Origin: Chitinophagales bacterium
GTDB lineage: Bacteria > Bacteroidota > Bacteroidia > Chitinophagales > JADJOU01
Reading direction: 5' to 3'
Length of the DNA stretch: 64,000 nt
Assembly: GCA_040383345.1 (NCBI GenBank)
Contig: JBEIDU010000003.1
Span: 8,336 to 72,335 of the forward strand
The stretch's first letter is position 1, and each line of letters begins with the position of its first letter. The notes beneath the pieces are model-generated. The model was not told the DNA's origin, made no database searches, and was given only the letters and a program-made list of their open reading frames with translations. A program made the translations under genes and the position numbers. Shown here piece by piece: positions 63,951-64,000 of this stretch.

Positions 63951-64000
63951 TAGGTTATTTCTTTTTGGTTCTCATTCCCCAAAAAATAAGAAAAATCCCT

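Noticed and set aside
1-64000. I looked for tRNA, rRNA, tmRNA, transposase, integrase, phage genes, toxin-antitoxin pairs and known defence-system genes.
   Set aside because: None was recognised. There are no GC-rich cloverleaf-like segments in the spacers and no ORF with recombinase, nuclease-NTPase or reverse-transcriptase motifs.

Overview
This is an AT-rich, gene-dense chromosomal segment with about 60 protein-coding genes and short spacers. It almost certainly comes from a member of the Bacteroidota, Flavobacteriia-like. The evidence is a T9SS C-terminal sorting domain protein, a TonB-dependent receptor, DUF4175-, DUF2147- and DUF6089-type envelope proteins, and a Rho with a long N-terminal extension. 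In addition, the Bacteroidota housekeeping-sigma -7 box TAnnTTTG sits at the expected distance upstream of about 28 transcription units. Most genes are housekeeping: dusB, hppD, truA, xth, uvrB, fumC, grpE-dnaJ, purN, mntH, tadA, rfbC-rfbD-cysQ, metF, pth, pheS, rho, trmB and dapD. I saw no rRNA, tRNA, CRISPR array, transposase, integrase, phage gene or recognisable defence system, and I did not find a compelling new system. The best candidates for a second look are listed here. (1) A tightly packed four-gene operon at 46964-48777 encodes a DUF2892-like Cys-rich membrane hairpin, a cytoplasmic thioredoxin, a lipoprotein rhodanese-thioredoxin fusion and a single half-size YeeE/YedE channel; it looks like an uncharacterised envelope sulfur relay. 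(2) A 1011-aa secreted Lys/Glu-rich coiled-coil protein carries three near-identical 141/108-bp in-frame repeats. (3) A giant DUF4175-like membrane-anchored coiled-coil protein lies next to a LysM muramidase. (4) A DoxX/MauE membrane domain is fused to a thioredoxin-fold domain whose CxxC has become CSKL. (5) Rho lacks a recognisable N-terminal helix bundle and has a roughly 175-nt G-poor leader. (6) A flavin reductase gene is frameshifted, and a T10 tract toggles the C-terminus of a small membrane protein. Promoter positions also argue for shorter 5' ends than the ORF track gives for six genes. All functional calls come from reading motifs by eye; no database search was run.
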